A DNA stretch of 55,143 nucleotides from an uncultured Eggerthella sp. (GCA_900548955.1 URMQ01000001.1:1-55143), one strand, 5' to 3'. Shown: positions 1-9,916, counted from the stretch's first letter. Made by a program: numbers and translations. The notes: generated by a model not told the origin, from the letters alone.

Positions 1-1172
1 GCTGCCAGAACAACCTTTTCTACAATTATTTTGGCTTCTTTCGGATGCTCTTCCAAGTAGTAGTTCAGAGCTTCACCTACAGCTTGGTCTACGGCTCCCA
101 TCACTTCGCTGTTTCCGAGCTTCGTCTTGGTCTGGCCTTCAAACTGAGGTTCTGCCACCTTGATGGAGATTACAGCTGTCAGACCTTCACGGAAGTCATC
201 ACCTGCAATTTCCACTTTAGCTTTCTCCAACATCTTGTTATCATCGGCATATTTCTTCAGCGTACGGGTCAGTGCGCGGCGGAAACCTGCAAGGTGCGTA
301 CCACCTTCGATGGTATTGATATTGTTTACGTAAGAGTGGATATTTTCGTTATAAGACGTATTGTACATGATAGCCACTTCTACCGGTGTACCTTGTTTCT
401 CTGTATTGATGTAGATAACGTCATTCACCAGGTGTTCACGGGAAGAGTCGATGTAGCGAACGAATTCTTTCAGACCTTCTTCTGAATAGAATACTTCCAT
501 CTTTGCATTGTTCTCTTCATCTTTTACGCGAAGGTCGGTCAAAGTAATCTTGATACCGGCATTCAGGTAAGCCAACTCGCGCATGCGGGTGGCGAGGATT
601 TCGTAATTATAAACCGTTTCAGTGAAGATCGTATTGTCCGGCCAGAATTGCTGACGCGTACCTGTAATATCACTTGTGCCGATTTCTTTCACCGGATACA
701 ACGGATGACCACATTCATATTCCTGTTGGTAGATCTTTCCATTACGGAAAACCTGTGTAGTCATGTGGGTAGACAGAGCGTTTACACAGGATACACCTAC
801 GCCGTGCAAACCTCCGGATACTTTGTAAGAACCCTTATCGAATTTACCACCGGCATGCAGTACGGTCATAACTACTTCCAGGGCTGACTTCTGTTCCTTT
901 TCATGGAAGTCAACCGGAATACCACGTCCGTTGTCCTGTACAGTGATAGAATTGTCTTCGTTGATGGTTACTTCAATGTGGTCGCAATAGCCGGCGAGAG
1001 CTTCGTCGATAGAGTTATCCACAACTTCATAAACCAGGTGGTGAAGTCCTTTCGTACTAATGTCACCAATATACATCGCGGGACGCTTTCTAACAGCTTC
1101 CAAACCTTCCAGAACCTGGATGTTTTCGGCTGAATAGCTCCCGCTATTGGAGTTAATCTGTTCTTCAGTCAT
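1..1172 (-). CDS. gyrB: DNA gyrase subunit B, 5' part (Bacteroides type), runs off the window start
   Basis: Not in ORF track (no stop in window). ATG at 1172 translates MTEEQINSNSGSYSAENIQVLEGLEAVRKRPAMYIGD, the canonical GyrB N-terminus. Confidence 0.96.
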   Translation of the reverse strand, partial: MTEEQINSNSGSYSAENIQVLEGLEAVRKRPAMYIGDISTKGLHHLVYEVVDNSIDEALAGYCDHIEVTINEDNSITVQDNGRGIPVDFHEKEQKSALEVVMTVLHAGGKFDKGSYKVSGGLHGVGVSCVNALSTHMTTQVFRNGKIYQQEYECGHPLYPVKEIGTSDITGTRQQFWPDNTIFTETVYNYEILATRMRELAYLNAGIKITLTDLRVKDEENNAKMEVFYSEEGLKEFVRYIDSSREHLVNDVIYINTEKQGTPVEVAIMYNTSYNENIHSYVNNINTIEGGTHLAGFRRALTRTLKKYADDNKMLEKAKVEIAGDDFREGLTAVISIKVAEPQFEGQTKTKLGNSEVMGAVDQAVGEALNYYLEEHPKEAKIIVEKVVLA

Positions 1173-1201
1173 AATCTAATTTCCTTATTCAAATAACAGA
1201 G

Positions 1202-1209
1202 CAAATATA
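1202..1209 (-). promoter_or_regulatory. Bacteroidetes -7 promoter element for gyrB
   Basis: Minus strand TATATTTG matches TAnnTTTG, 30 nt upstream of the gyrB start; -33 element not obvious. Confidence 0.6.
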
Positions 1210-1323
1210 GTGAAAATTCGTGAGATACGGAACTAAACTGAGTGATAAATTTCATTCGTTTACAGCTTTTTAGCTTCTTCCGGAGGGTGTTTGGGATAGG
1301 GGAGGTAAATATGTCATATGCAG

Positions 1324-1351
1324 AAAAGGTCGGACTAAAAAGTCCAACCTT
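1324..1351 (-). terminator. Probable intrinsic terminator after rpsT
   Basis: AAAAGGTCGGACT-AAAA-AGTCCAACCTT hairpin with a T-run on the minus strand, just downstream of the rpsT stop. Confidence 0.65.
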
Positions 1352-1382
1352 CCGATATTTCTTTTGTGTAATATTAATTAGC

Positions 1383-1637
1383 TTATCCTAGCTTATTAAT
1401 GTAGAGAGCCAACTTTGACTTCAAGTTGTTAGCTTTGTTCTTATGGATTACATTGGTCTTAGCCAATTTGTCCAATATCTTAGTTACGCCCGGATACATT
1501 GCAGCAGCTTCTGCTTTGTCGGTTGTAGAACGAAGCTTTCTAACAGCATTTCTCATGGTTTTGCCATAATATCTGTTGTGAAGTCTTCTTGTCTCTTCTT
1601 GTCTGATTCTTTTCAGTGATGATTTGTGATTTGCCAT
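1383..1637 (-). CDS. rpsT: 30S ribosomal protein S20
   Basis: [13 protein letters not shown]...[13 protein letters not shown], typical Bacteroidetes bS20. Confidence 0.98.
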   Translation of the reverse strand: MANHKSSLKRIRQEETRRLHNRYYGKTMRNAVRKLRSTTDKAEAAAMYPGVTKILDKLAKTNVIHKNKANNLKSKLALYINKLG

Positions 1638-1676
1638 CTCGACTAATCTTTTTTAATTCGTTTATCTTTTTAATTG

Positions 1677-1748
1677 TAGCCCGTGGGGGAATCGAACCCC
1701 CCTTTCAAGAATGAAAATCTTGCGTCCTAACCGATAGACGAACGGGCC
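1677..1748 (-). tRNA. tRNA-Glu (TTC)
   Basis: Reverse complement GGCCCGTTCGTCTATCGGTTAGGACGCAAGATTTTCATTCTTGAAAGGGGGGTTCGATTCCCCCACGGGCTA folds as a cloverleaf; anticodon stem CAAGA/TCTTG around TTC; no encoded CCA. Confidence 0.96.
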
Positions 1749-1803
1749 ATCCTTGTTGAGCGTTTCCGCTCTTTGCAACCGTTTTTCCTTTCGTTTGCGG
1801 TTG

Positions 1804-1834
1804 CAAAGGTAGAAACTATTTTTGAATTGGCAAA
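1804..1834 (-). promoter_or_regulatory. Bacteroidetes housekeeping promoter for tRNA-Glu/rpsT
   Basis: Minus strand TTTG-N19-TACCTTTG, matching the -33/-7 consensus TTTG-N19-21-TAnnTTTG. Confidence 0.85.
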
Positions 1835-1993
1835 CATTTCTGATAAAAATTTTGCAGAAATTCTTCTGCGTTTTCTCTTGTATGTGGTTTTATTTATTGA
1901 TAATCAGGTATATAATGATGTTTTAAATTTTCTGTATTTGCTTCATTTTTTTTATTCCTCTTCTTTAAGTTCCGTAGTTTCGCGCTTTTTTTG

Positions 1994-2001
1994 TAGCTTT
2001 G
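1994..2001 (+). promoter_or_regulatory. Bacteroidetes -7 promoter element for recO
   Basis: TAGCTTTG matches TAnnTTTG, about 33 nt upstream of the recO start. Confidence 0.55.
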
Positions 2002-2034
2002 TTAGCCGGATTGAAACTTGATTAAAGGACGGAA

Positions 2035-2763
2035 ATGTTACAGAAAACGCAAGGAATCGTATTGCATTCTTTGAAGTATAAGGATACTTCTATTATTGTA
2101 GACATCTATACCGAGGTGTCCGGACGGGCTTCTTTCCTGGTTCCGGTGTCCCGTTCGCGCAAGGCTGCGGTGAAGTCGGTACTGTTCCAACCTCTGTCTT
2201 TGGTGGAGCTGGAAGCGGATTTCCGTCCGAATACTGCTATATATAAGGTGAAAGAGGCAAAGTCTTTCTATCCTTTTACTTCGATTCCTTACGATCCTTA
2301 TAAATCTGCCATCGCTTTGTTTCTGTCCGAATTCTTATATCGTGCGCTGCGCGAGGAGGCGGAAAACCGTCCTTTATTCGCTTATTTGCAGCATTCCATT
2401 GTCTGGTTGGATGAATGCGGCAGTGGCTTTGCCAATTTTCATCTGGTCTTTTTGATGCGTTTGTCGCGTTTTCTCGGATTGTATCCGAACTTGGAAGATT
2501 ATCACGGCGGCGATTATTTTGATTTGCAGAATGCCTGCTTTACCCCGTTGCGTCCGCAATTGCATTCCGACTATATAGCGCCGGAAGAGGCGGCACGTCT
2601 CACAAGGCTGATGCGTATGAACTACGAAACGATGCATCTCTTTGCCATGAGCCGCATGGAGCGTGCCCGTTGTCTGACGATTATGAACGAGTATTACCGT
2701 TTGCATCTGCCGGATTTTCCCGTATTAAAGTCTTTGGAAGTCTTGAAAGAATTGTTTGATTGA
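2035..2763 (+). CDS. recO: DNA repair protein RecO
   Basis: N-terminal OB fold ([24 protein letters not shown]...LFQPLSLVE), C-terminal LKSLEVL; 242 aa. Confidence 0.93.
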   Translation: MLQKTQGIVLHSLKYKDTSIIVDIYTEVSGRASFLVPVSRSRKAAVKSVLFQPLSLVELEADFRPNTAIYKVKEAKSFYPFTSIPYDPYKSAIALFLSEFLYRALREEAENRPLFAYLQHSIVWLDECGSGFANFHLVFLMRLSRFLGLYPNLEDYHGGDYFDLQNACFTPLRPQLHSDYIAPEEAARLTRLMRMNYETMHLFAMSRMERARCLTIMNEYYRLHLPDFPVLKSLEVLKELFD

Positions 2764-2807
2764 GTTCCGTTTCAAAGGGCATTCCGTTTCCTTACGTGTT
2801 TCCTGGA

Positions 2808-2935
2808 GTTTCCTGTAGAGAAACGCGCGTTTCCCTTAAGGGAAATTTCAGTTTCCTTAAAGGGAAATTCTCGTTTCTATGAAAGGGAACGGGCGTTTCT
2901 TCCGGGGGAAACGGGCGTGTCATAGGCATGGAAAC
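2808..2935. repeat. Tandem array of six ~22-bp palindromic units GTTTC-N7-9-GAAAC-N4
   Basis: Units start at 2808, 2829, 2851, 2873, 2895 and 2917; arms largely conserved, loops variable. Confidence 0.8.
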
Positions 2936-2941
2936 AATAAA

Positions 2942-2991
2942 AGCCGTACTTCAAACTGCTCTCCAACCGGAGGGGAGCTTGAAGTACGGCT
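2942..2991. terminator. Long hairpin between convergent recO and yqeY
   Basis: Perfect 13-bp inverted repeat AGCCGTACTTCAA/TTGAAGTACGGCT, preceded by an A-run (T-run on the minus strand). Confidence 0.7.
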
Positions 2992-3018
2992 CTGTACGTA
3001 TTGGGTTGGGCAGAACGC

Positions 3019-3468
3019 TTATCCCAGCAATTCCTTTACTTTGGCCGAGATGGCACGTCCTTCGGCAAGCCCGGCAAGTTTCTTGCTGGCTACGCCCATT
3101 ACCTTGCCCATATCCTTACCGCTGGTAGCGCCTGTTTCGGCGATGATTTCCTTCAAGGCAGCTTCCAGTTCTTCGGGAGACATCTGCTTGGGCAGGTATG
3201 CTTCCATAACCTTTACTTGCGCCAGTTCTGCATCGGCAAGGTCCTGACGGCCTTGCTGCACGTAGATTTCGGCGGCGTCCTTGCCTTGCTTTGTCAGCTT
3301 CTGAATGATTTTCAGGGCATCGGCATCGGTCAGGGTATCATTGGCTCCCGGAGCGGTCTTGGCTTCGAGGAATACTTTCTTGATGTTTCTCAGGGTTTCC
3401 AAAGCTACTTTGTCTTTGGCTCTCATTGCGTTTTTAATGTCTTCGCTGACTCTTTCAAATAAATCCAT
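3019..3468 (-). CDS. GatB/YqeY domain protein
   Basis: EDIKNAMRAKDK..., YLPKQMS, KDMGKVMG motifs; position downstream of ftsZ as in Bacteroidetes. Confidence 0.95.
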   Translation of the reverse strand: MDLFERVSEDIKNAMRAKDKVALETLRNIKKVFLEAKTAPGANDTLTDADALKIIQKLTKQGKDAAEIYVQQGRQDLADAELAQVKVMEAYLPKQMSPEELEAALKEIIAETGATSGKDMGKVMGVASKKLAGLAEGRAISAKVKELLG

Positions 3469-3535
3469 ATTGTTCTTTATTGTTTTACTGTTTACAATGT
3501 ACTGTTTCCGGCTGAAGTCCGGAACGGCAGTCGGT

Positions 3536-4849
3536 TTAGAAAGTGATTATGCCGTTGCCGCCGCTTTCTGCTTCCTGCGCTTCTTCGGTGGCGAGTATGC
3601 CGGCTTCTTCCGCCTTGACCTTGATTGCCGCCAGGGTACTCTTGTCGCGCTGGTAGGTAGGGGAGTTTTCCACCATGCTGATGATGTCGGCGTTGTCCAG
3701 GTCTTCGGGGTTGAAGATATAGATATGCCGGCGGCGCAGACGCTGATACTTGGTGTTGGCATCCTTTCCGTAGTAGGTTTCGCGGCGTGAGCGTCTTTGC
3801 TCTTCCTCTTCCTCCAGTTCGGCAAGGCGCTTCTGCTCTTCTGCGGTACGCTGGGTGATGCGGTCGTCCATCTCTTTCATATGGATGTCCTGGATGCCGA
3901 AGCCGGTGGCAAGCAGGGTAATCTTGACCTTTTGCTCCAGTTTGTCGTCTACGGCCATACCGAACTTGGTTTCAAAGTCGCGGCTGAAGCGGTTCATGAA
4001 CTCTTTCACTTCGTCCATTTCGCTCATCATCAATTTGTATTGCGAGCTGTACGAAATGTTGAGCAGCACTTTCTTGGAGTTGAAGATATCGTTGTTGTTG
4101 AGCAACGGAGAGTGCTGGGCATTCTGGATGGCCATGCTCACGCGGTTGTCTCCCTCGCCGTAGCCGGTACTCATGATGGCCACGCCGCCGTCTTTCAGTA
4201 CGGTTTTCACATCGTTGAAGTCGAGGTTGACCTTTCCGTGCAGGGTAATGATTTCGGCAATGCTCTTGGCGGCTACCGAGAGGGTGTCGTCGGCTTTGTC
4301 GAAAGCATCGTCTACGGAGAGTTCGCTATATATTTCGCTCAGTTTTTCGTTGTTGATAACCAGCAGGGCATCTACATGCTTGCTGATTTCCTCCACGCCG
4401 TCCAGTGCTTGGTCTATCTTCTTGTCGCCCTCCCAGCGGAACGGGATAGTGACGATGCCGATAGTCAGGATGTCCATTTCTTTGGCGGTCTGTGCAATGA
4501 TAGGCGCTGCACCTGTACCTGTGCCACCGCCCATTCCGGCAGTGATGAATACCATTTTAGTACCGTCGTTCAGCATGGCCTTGATGTCTTCGATGCTCTC
4601 TTCGGCTGCCTTGCGGGCACGGGCAGGACGGTTTCCGGCTCCCAGACCCTCTTTGCCAAGTTGCAGCTTCACAGGAACGGGGGAGTCTTTCAACGCCTGG
4701 TTGTCTGTGTTGCACAGCACGAATGTTACATCATGTATGCCTTCCCGGTACATGTGGTTGACGGCATTACCGCCACCGCCACCTACACCGATGACTTTGA
4801 TGATTTTCGGTGAATCGGTCGGAAAATCGAATTGTGCTATATCATCCAT
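3536..4849 (-). CDS. ftsZ: Cell division protein FtsZ
   Basis: IKVIGVGGGGGNAV, tubulin signature AGMGGGTGTG, NLDFNDV. Confidence 0.99.
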   Translation of the reverse strand: MDDIAQFDFPTDSPKIIKVIGVGGGGGNAVNHMYREGIHDVTFVLCNTDNQALKDSPVPVKLQLGKEGLGAGNRPARARKAAEESIEDIKAMLNDGTKMVFITAGMGGGTGTGAAPIIAQTAKEMDILTIGIVTIPFRWEGDKKIDQALDGVEEISKHVDALLVINNEKLSEIYSELSVDDAFDKADDTLSVAAKSIAEIITLHGKVNLDFNDVKTVLKDGGVAIMSTGYGEGDNRVSMAIQNAQHSPLLNNNDIFNSKKVLLNISYSSQYKLMMSEMDEVKEFMNRFSRDFETKFGMAVDDKLEQKVKITLLATGFGIQDIHMKEMDDRITQRTAEEQKRLAELEEEEEQRRSRRETYYGKDANTKYQRLRRRHIYIFNPEDLDNADIISMVENSPTYQRDKSTLAAIKVKAEEAGILATEEAQEAESGGNGIITF

Positions 4850-4866
4850 GATTATAGAGTTTTTAA

Positions 4867-5090
4867 TTATTTCATATCATCGTCCGAGAATATCTCATTG
4901 GAGATTTTGTTGAAGGTCTTTTCAAACCAGCTGGGACCTTTCTTTTTCTTCTCCTTTTCTTTCTTCTCCCGCTCTTTGCGTTCTTTCTCCCTGCGCTCCT
5001 TTTCCTCTTTCTCGCGTTGCGCTTTGGCGGCACGGGCTGCGGCTTCCTGTTCTTTCAGGGCTTCGTCGTTACCGAACATGTCAGCGGGGG
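4867..5090 (-). pseudogene. ftsA: C-terminal fragment of FtsA, cut at the ~5090 junction
   Basis: PADMFGNDEALKEQEAAARAAK...GPSWFEKTFNKISNEIFSDDDMK directly upstream of ftsZ resembles the charged Bacteroides FtsA tail; the frame hits a stop a few codons beyond 5090. Confidence 0.8.
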
Positions 5091-6167
5091 TGCATAATCA
5101 GTTGCTTCTCTTGTCGCAGCACGCGCCCCTTCACGATATGCCTTTTTGTCAGGGCGAACAAGCGAACGTAAAAATGCCGTACGCTTAATACGCTTTGTAA
5201 TACCTGGCTCAAGGAAGGGACCAGGATAAGGCATTAGCGAAGAAGGTTTGATTTGCAAAAGGTCAATTTGTGCACGACTGAATTCAATTTTGTAGTATTC
5301 GTAAATCCAACGAAAAATATCGCGATAAAAGCGATGTCCTTCATTGCGATCCTTTGGAGGCAAATGGGTAAGCGACCACTGATTATCAAACCATATATCT
5401 GAACCGTACATACGTAAACTAAGCAAATAGTCCATGTCTTCGCCGCGCTTAATCCAAGGGTCAAAGCTTAAACGACGATAGGTTTCGCGATGGAGCGCCA
5501 AACAGCCACCACAAACATGATTTGAACGAGAAAGACGAGGACCTGCCATAGCTTTCGTAATCCAGTTGTTAAAGGCTCTGCCCTGTTGCCAAAAATGGTT
5601 ATACCAACGATTCTGACTCTTAGAATAGTACGTACCCTCATCGTTAAAGTAGAAGCCCGATTTCGCCAAAATAGGAATTCCCTTTTTGGTAAGTTTCCCA
5701 AGACCATACATTGCCTTTTCGAGAAACTCTTCATCTTCAATTACTTCATCGTCATCAAGAAAAACAACAGAGTCGAATCCAAGCACCTGCGCAACAACTA
5801 AACCGAGATTGCGCACGGCGGAATATCCTGTCAGCCCAATGCAATCGCTCTGATTACCAAAACCTAGCTGCTCAAATCTTTGTTGGATAATACTTTCCTC
5901 TTCTTTAGCAATAATGAGAATGTGCATCTGAGGGAACTTATCGACAATTTCTTTGACTTTTGCTGTAGCTTCTTTGTCCACGTTATCTTCAGTTGCCACC
6001 AGAACAATAATTTGTCCTAGACCCTTAACCTTTTGCAAGGAAGCCAAACAACGCTCAAGGGTGCCCTTGGAGTTCAAAGGAGTTGGATGGTCATACAAGG
6101 CAGAAGGCGTATTGCGCTTGCGTGTTGCAGAAGTGTAAAACGTTGGAATTATCACTGCAGGATTCAT
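5091..6167 (-). CDS. GT-A fold (family 2-like) glycosyltransferase, C-terminus truncated at the junction
   Basis: AVIIPT start, VVFLDDDE (DxD motif), RGEDMDY. The terminal PPLTCSVTTKP is read out of frame from the ftsA fragment. Confidence 0.8.
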
Positions 6168-6368
6168 GCTATCCCCTTAACCAATATACTAATGAAGCTT
6201 AAGCGTGCGTGTTAGTTTCGAAAACCATTGTACCTTAAAGCCAAACTATCCTTTGCGTACCCGTTGGCAGACGCTGTTAAATGTGAAGCCCACCTAGCGC
6301 CTTCAGGAAGCAAACCGGTCTGGCGACTAAAAACGAAGTTGATCGAGAACCTTAAAAGCGAAGATAAC

Positions 6369-7358
6369 CTAGCGCCTTCGTCTTGGATGTCCGCGACGAG
6401 TTCTTATGCGTTCGGCTTCTTCACGTCTTACCTTAACCTGCTGGCTTTCTTCGCGCAGGCGAATATATGATTCAAGACGCGCGGGAGACAACATGCCTTC
6501 TTTGACAGCACGTTTTACTGCACAACCCGGCTCGTTGGTGTGGGTGCAATCACGAAAACGGCACGACGGCGCCAATGCCTCAATGTCTGAAAAAGTAGCA
6601 CCTATGCCCTCGTCAGCATCCCACAAACCCAAGCCTCGGACACCTGGCATATCAATAACGCTTCCCCCGTTGGGCAATTCTATTATTTCACGTGAAACAG
6701 TGGTGTGGCGCCCTTTTCCATCTTGACGGACTGGTGTTGTGGATTGAACTTCCTTGCCTACCAGCATATTTACTAAACTTGATTTACCCACACCAGAGCG
6801 CCCCAACAAAACTGCCATTTTATTATCTTTGGCAATTAAATCTGACAAAGACTGAATGCTTTCAGGATCTTTTTCGGAAACAACCAAAACCGAATCATTC
6901 CCAATAAAACCATCTATTCGCTGGCGCACTGCTTCAACTTCTTCTTCCGAAGCAACAAGATCAGCCTTGGTAAGCACCACCACTACTTCAACGCCCGTTT
7001 CATGCGCTAACACCAATTCACGCTCTAATCGCCGTACGTTTACCTCTTCCAAGGGCTGAGCCACCAGCACTATATCGAAATTCGCGGCAAGAGTTTGTGG
7101 CAACGCACGTTCGGTGGGATCTTTGCGCACAAATGATGAGGATCGCGGAAGCGTTTCTTCAATAATGCCTTTATCGTGACCTGCAGGAAGCGCGATACTT
7201 ACGAAGTCGCCTATAACAGCGCGCTGATCGCTTCCCTTCACTAACGAAATTGCATGCTCGCAACGTACTTCTTCACCAGAGGCAAGTCGAACCAGCGGAA
7301 AGCCTCGATCAAGTTTGACCACTCGACCAACTTGTCGTTCTGTGATTTCTTCAGTCAC
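6369..7358 (-). CDS. rsgA: Ribosome small subunit-dependent GTPase A
   Basis: Circularly permuted GTPase motifs TKAD, GRSGVGKSS, GRHTT, DMPG; zinc site CRFRDCTHTNEPGC. Confidence 0.97.
   Translation of the reverse strand: MTEEITERQVGRVVKLDRGFPLVRLASGEEVRCEHAISLVKGSDQRAVIGDFVSIALPAGHDKGIIEETLPRSSSFVRKDPTERALPQTLAANFDIVLVAQPLEEVNVRRLERELVLAHETGVEVVVVLTKADLVASEEEVEAVRQRIDGFIGNDSVLVVSEKDPESIQSLSDLIAKDNKMAVLLGRSGVGKSSLVNMLVGKEVQSTTPVRQDGKGRHTTVSREIIELPNGGSVIDMPGVRGLGLWDADEGIGATFSDIEALAPSCRFRDCTHTNEPGCAVKRAVKEGMLSPARLESYIRLREESQQVKVRREEAERIRTRRGHPRRRR
6684..6699. promoter_or_regulatory. parS-like site (1 mismatch) inside rsgA
   Basis: TATTTCACGTGAAACA versus TGTTTCACGTGAAACA. Confidence 0.45.
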
Positions 7359-7360
7359 GC

Positions 7361-8044
7361 TTAGAGCATCCTTTCACGTCTAATATAGTATGCAACCATC
7401 AACACGGCTCCTATCACGCAGGCTAAAATACCAAAGCTTAAAATGCGATTGCTAGGAGCGGGTTTGGATTCGTATCCCTTTTGAAGGGCAGCTACTTCCT
7501 CGGCATGAATATCGGACATTCCTTGATGTTCTGCACATTCTAAGTGGAACGTTCCACGCACTTGCAACTGAGTACCTACCGTGCCGTATTGCCCATAGGT
7601 ATCAATAATCGAAGATTGCTCTTTCGTCATAAAAACAGCAACAACACTAGGACTTGCTTCGTTATCTTGCAGGGTAATCCAACAGTTATTTTCGCGGAAT
7701 TCATCGTTTACCCTGTCTCCAACCACTTCGCCTTTGACCAGAACCGTCTGACCCTCGTAGTAAGAATCCGCTTCCGCCAAATCAGCTATAGAGGTTTCAT
7801 ATAGAAACGAACTGTCTGAAAGCTGATTTACGTAGACTTCATTACTTAGCGAATCATCCTCAACAGAAGACTGCTGTTCTTGGTCGGTTTGTTCCTGCTG
7901 AACTGCTTGATCCTGGGCTTCGTCTGCCCAGGCACTGATGGAAAAACAGCTAAGCGAAACAACCAACACAAAAAGAACCGCGAACACAATAAACTTCGCA
8001 CACACTGCAAAATTCGATTTTATAGACATAAGGAGCGTGCCCAT
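7361..8044 (-). CDS. Exported, C-terminally anchored protein with probable OB-fold domain
   Basis: Signal-peptide-like N-terminus, YEGQTVLVKGEVVGD and LQVRGTF strands, C-terminal TM helix followed by RRER; start overlaps the trkH stop. Confidence 0.7.
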   Translation of the reverse strand: MGTLLMSIKSNFAVCAKFIVFAVLFVLVVSLSCFSISAWADEAQDQAVQQEQTDQEQQSSVEDDSLSNEVYVNQLSDSSFLYETSIADLAEADSYYEGQTVLVKGEVVGDRVNDEFRENNCWITLQDNEASPSVVAVFMTKEQSSIIDTYGQYGTVGTQLQVRGTFHLECAEHQGMSDIHAEEVAALQKGYESKPAPSNRILSFGILACVIGAVLMVAYYIRRERML

Positions 8045-9570
8045 TAGTCTTGCTCCTTCAATTTATTTTTCACAAGCGATCCAAACGAAACAACCACTTT
8101 TACGATCAGCGCAATAAGCGTGATGAATTCAAGACGGCCTGCCCACATTTCCAGAATATACACTGACTCTAAAACAGGAGGCATACCATGCGCAATAATA
8201 CCTGAGCTCAAGCCGCCGTTAGACGCCATAGAGACCGATTCAAAAATAGCATCAAGCGCATCGTAGCCATGAGCGATACCCACAAGCGATCCTAAAAGAT
8301 ACGTAAATACAAACAATGCTGAAACAGTAAGTGCCGCCTTTGCGACTTCAGTGGTAAGTACTTTCTTACCTAAGTGAAAATATCGCACGGAGACACGCGC
8401 GGTTCCTGGAGCTAGAGTTTCTTTAATGGTTGAAACCATAGATTTGGCTATCAAGCCCAAACGAGAGAATTTCATACCACCAGCGGTACTTCCACTAGAG
8501 CCACCAACCGCCATTAAAATAGCAACCACCAAGAAGGCGCCTGATGAAAATACCGTAGTCATCTGATTGTTCGTTACTGTTTGAAAGCCTGTAGTGGTTG
8601 AAGCGGATATAACCATAAACACGCCACGGCGCAGAAGCGCCATAATGTCCGAAAATCCACCAGACGCGCAAAGCGAAAACATAAGAACAATGGTGGCAAT
8701 AAGCATCCAGAATACGCCCGTACGAATTTCATAATCTTTAAAAAACGAGGTGGTTTCTCCTTGGCTTATTTTCACGAACAGTGCAAAGTTCACCGCTCCT
8801 AAGAGCATCAGCAACATACATATCACTTCGAAAGCGAATGAATGATAATACATTGCCGATTGAGAAGTAGGAGAAAAGCCTGCGGTGGTAAAGCCAGAAA
8901 TAGCCATCCATAGCGCATTAAGCAATGCACGCAGAGGCTCAAAGCCACCCAACACACAAAGCAAAAACAAAATCACCGTCGCAACGCCAATAACTGCCAA
9001 TGCAATTTGACTAATCAATCGAACGGTGTTCACAATGTTGGGCAATACATGCTCGCTTCTGCCCTCTGAAGAATAAAGTCCTGATGTGGACTTACCAAAA
9101 ATACCCAAGGACAGCGCAATAACAATAAGGCCTAAGCCACCAATCAAATGCATGGTAAAGCGCCACATGTTGTCCGCATAGGAAAGATGTTCAAGATCAA
9201 TAACGAGCGAAGCACCTGTGGTCGTTAAACCTGATGTCGCTTCGAACAGCGCATCAAGATAGGAACCATAATGCCCTGATAAAGCCAAGGGAACTGCCGC
9301 CACAAATGCCAGCATAATCCAAGATAATCCCGTAACAGTAAGCGCCTGTTGATGAGTAAGTCTGCCAGGCTGAATACGCATAAAACGCAAAGCAGAACCA
9401 AGAATAAGAGCAACGCCCACACCTAATAGGTAACGGCTTGCCGGCTCCCATTCCTGACACACTACCGCAACCACAAGAGGCACTGCCAAAGCGATAGAAA
9501 AAAACGAAATGAGCACTCCAAGATAGTGCCCAATAACACGAACGTCATACCAGGTAAATCGCTGCCACAT
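8044..9570 (-). CDS. trkH: TrkH-family potassium uptake membrane protein
   Basis: Pore-loop motifs FEATSGLTTTG, GFTTAGF, STTTGF, GSTAGGMK, GRLE. Confidence 0.93.
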   Translation of the reverse strand: MWQRFTWYDVRVIGHYLGVLISFFSIALAVPLVVAVVCQEWEPASRYLLGVGVALILGSALRFMRIQPGRLTHQQALTVTGLSWIMLAFVAAVPLALSGHYGSYLDALFEATSGLTTTGASLVIDLEHLSYADNMWRFTMHLIGGLGLIVIALSLGIFGKSTSGLYSSEGRSEHVLPNIVNTVRLISQIALAVIGVATVILFLLCVLGGFEPLRALLNALWMAISGFTTAGFSPTSQSAMYYHSFAFEVICMLLMLLGAVNFALFVKISQGETTSFFKDYEIRTGVFWMLIATIVLMFSLCASGGFSDIMALLRRGVFMVISASTTTGFQTVTNNQMTTVFSSGAFLVVAILMAVGGSSGSTAGGMKFSRLGLIAKSMVSTIKETLAPGTARVSVRYFHLGKKVLTTEVAKAALTVSALFVFTYLLGSLVGIAHGYDALDAIFESVSMASNGGLSSGIIAHGMPPVLESVYILEMWAGRLEFITLIALIVKVVVSFGSLVKNKLKEQD

Positions 9571-9578
9571 ACAAAGAC

Positions 9579-9737
9579 CTACCCGAAAACAAACAGGAAC
9601 CGAATGGCGATAGTGATCAGATATAACACAATAAGAAACGCCACTAAGCTAGCCAATACTGCGCAAAATCCCAGCACTGGAACTAACAGGTGTTCCTTCT
9701 TTTCGAATCTCACAATATTTTTTTCGAGTTTGTTCAT
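9579..9737 (-). CDS. Small membrane protein (52 aa)
   Basis: ATG at 9737: MNKLEKNIVRFEKKEHLL followed by a long hydrophobic segment; ends 8 nt before the trkH start. Confidence 0.5.
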   Translation of the reverse strand: MNKLEKNIVRFEKKEHLLVPVLGFCAVLASLVAFLIVLYLITIAIRFLFVFG

Positions 9738-9916
9738 GGAGGTTATTCTAATACAACAAACTAAAAGCGGGGTTCCTACACAAAAGTAGCGGCATCGCAT
9801 GAACGTTCGTCCACACAATACCGCCACTCAAACTTACAGGTTCAATCGTTTTACGAAACAGTCCTTACACTGTGCTCTAGTTCGCTTAGCTGCTTAGTTG
9901 CACCTATGCCCTCGCT

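Noticed and set aside
45..1133. Plus-strand ORFs of 146, 79 and 76 aa
   Set aside because: Antisense shadows of gyrB on the minus strand.
2808..2935. CRISPR array or parS cluster
   Set aside because: The 22-bp period with 7-9 nt variable cores is too short for spacers, no cas genes are present, and arm spacing differs from parS.
3797..4913. Long plus-strand ORFs (338 and 246 aa) over ftsZ, and similar ones over clpB, dnaK and other genes
   Set aside because: Antisense shadow ORFs of conserved genes, with no recognisable motifs.
6292..6379. 13-bp direct repeat ACCTAGCGCCTTC at 6292 and 6367 around the rsgA stop
   Set aside because: Two short copies with nothing recognisable between them; probably a small local duplication.
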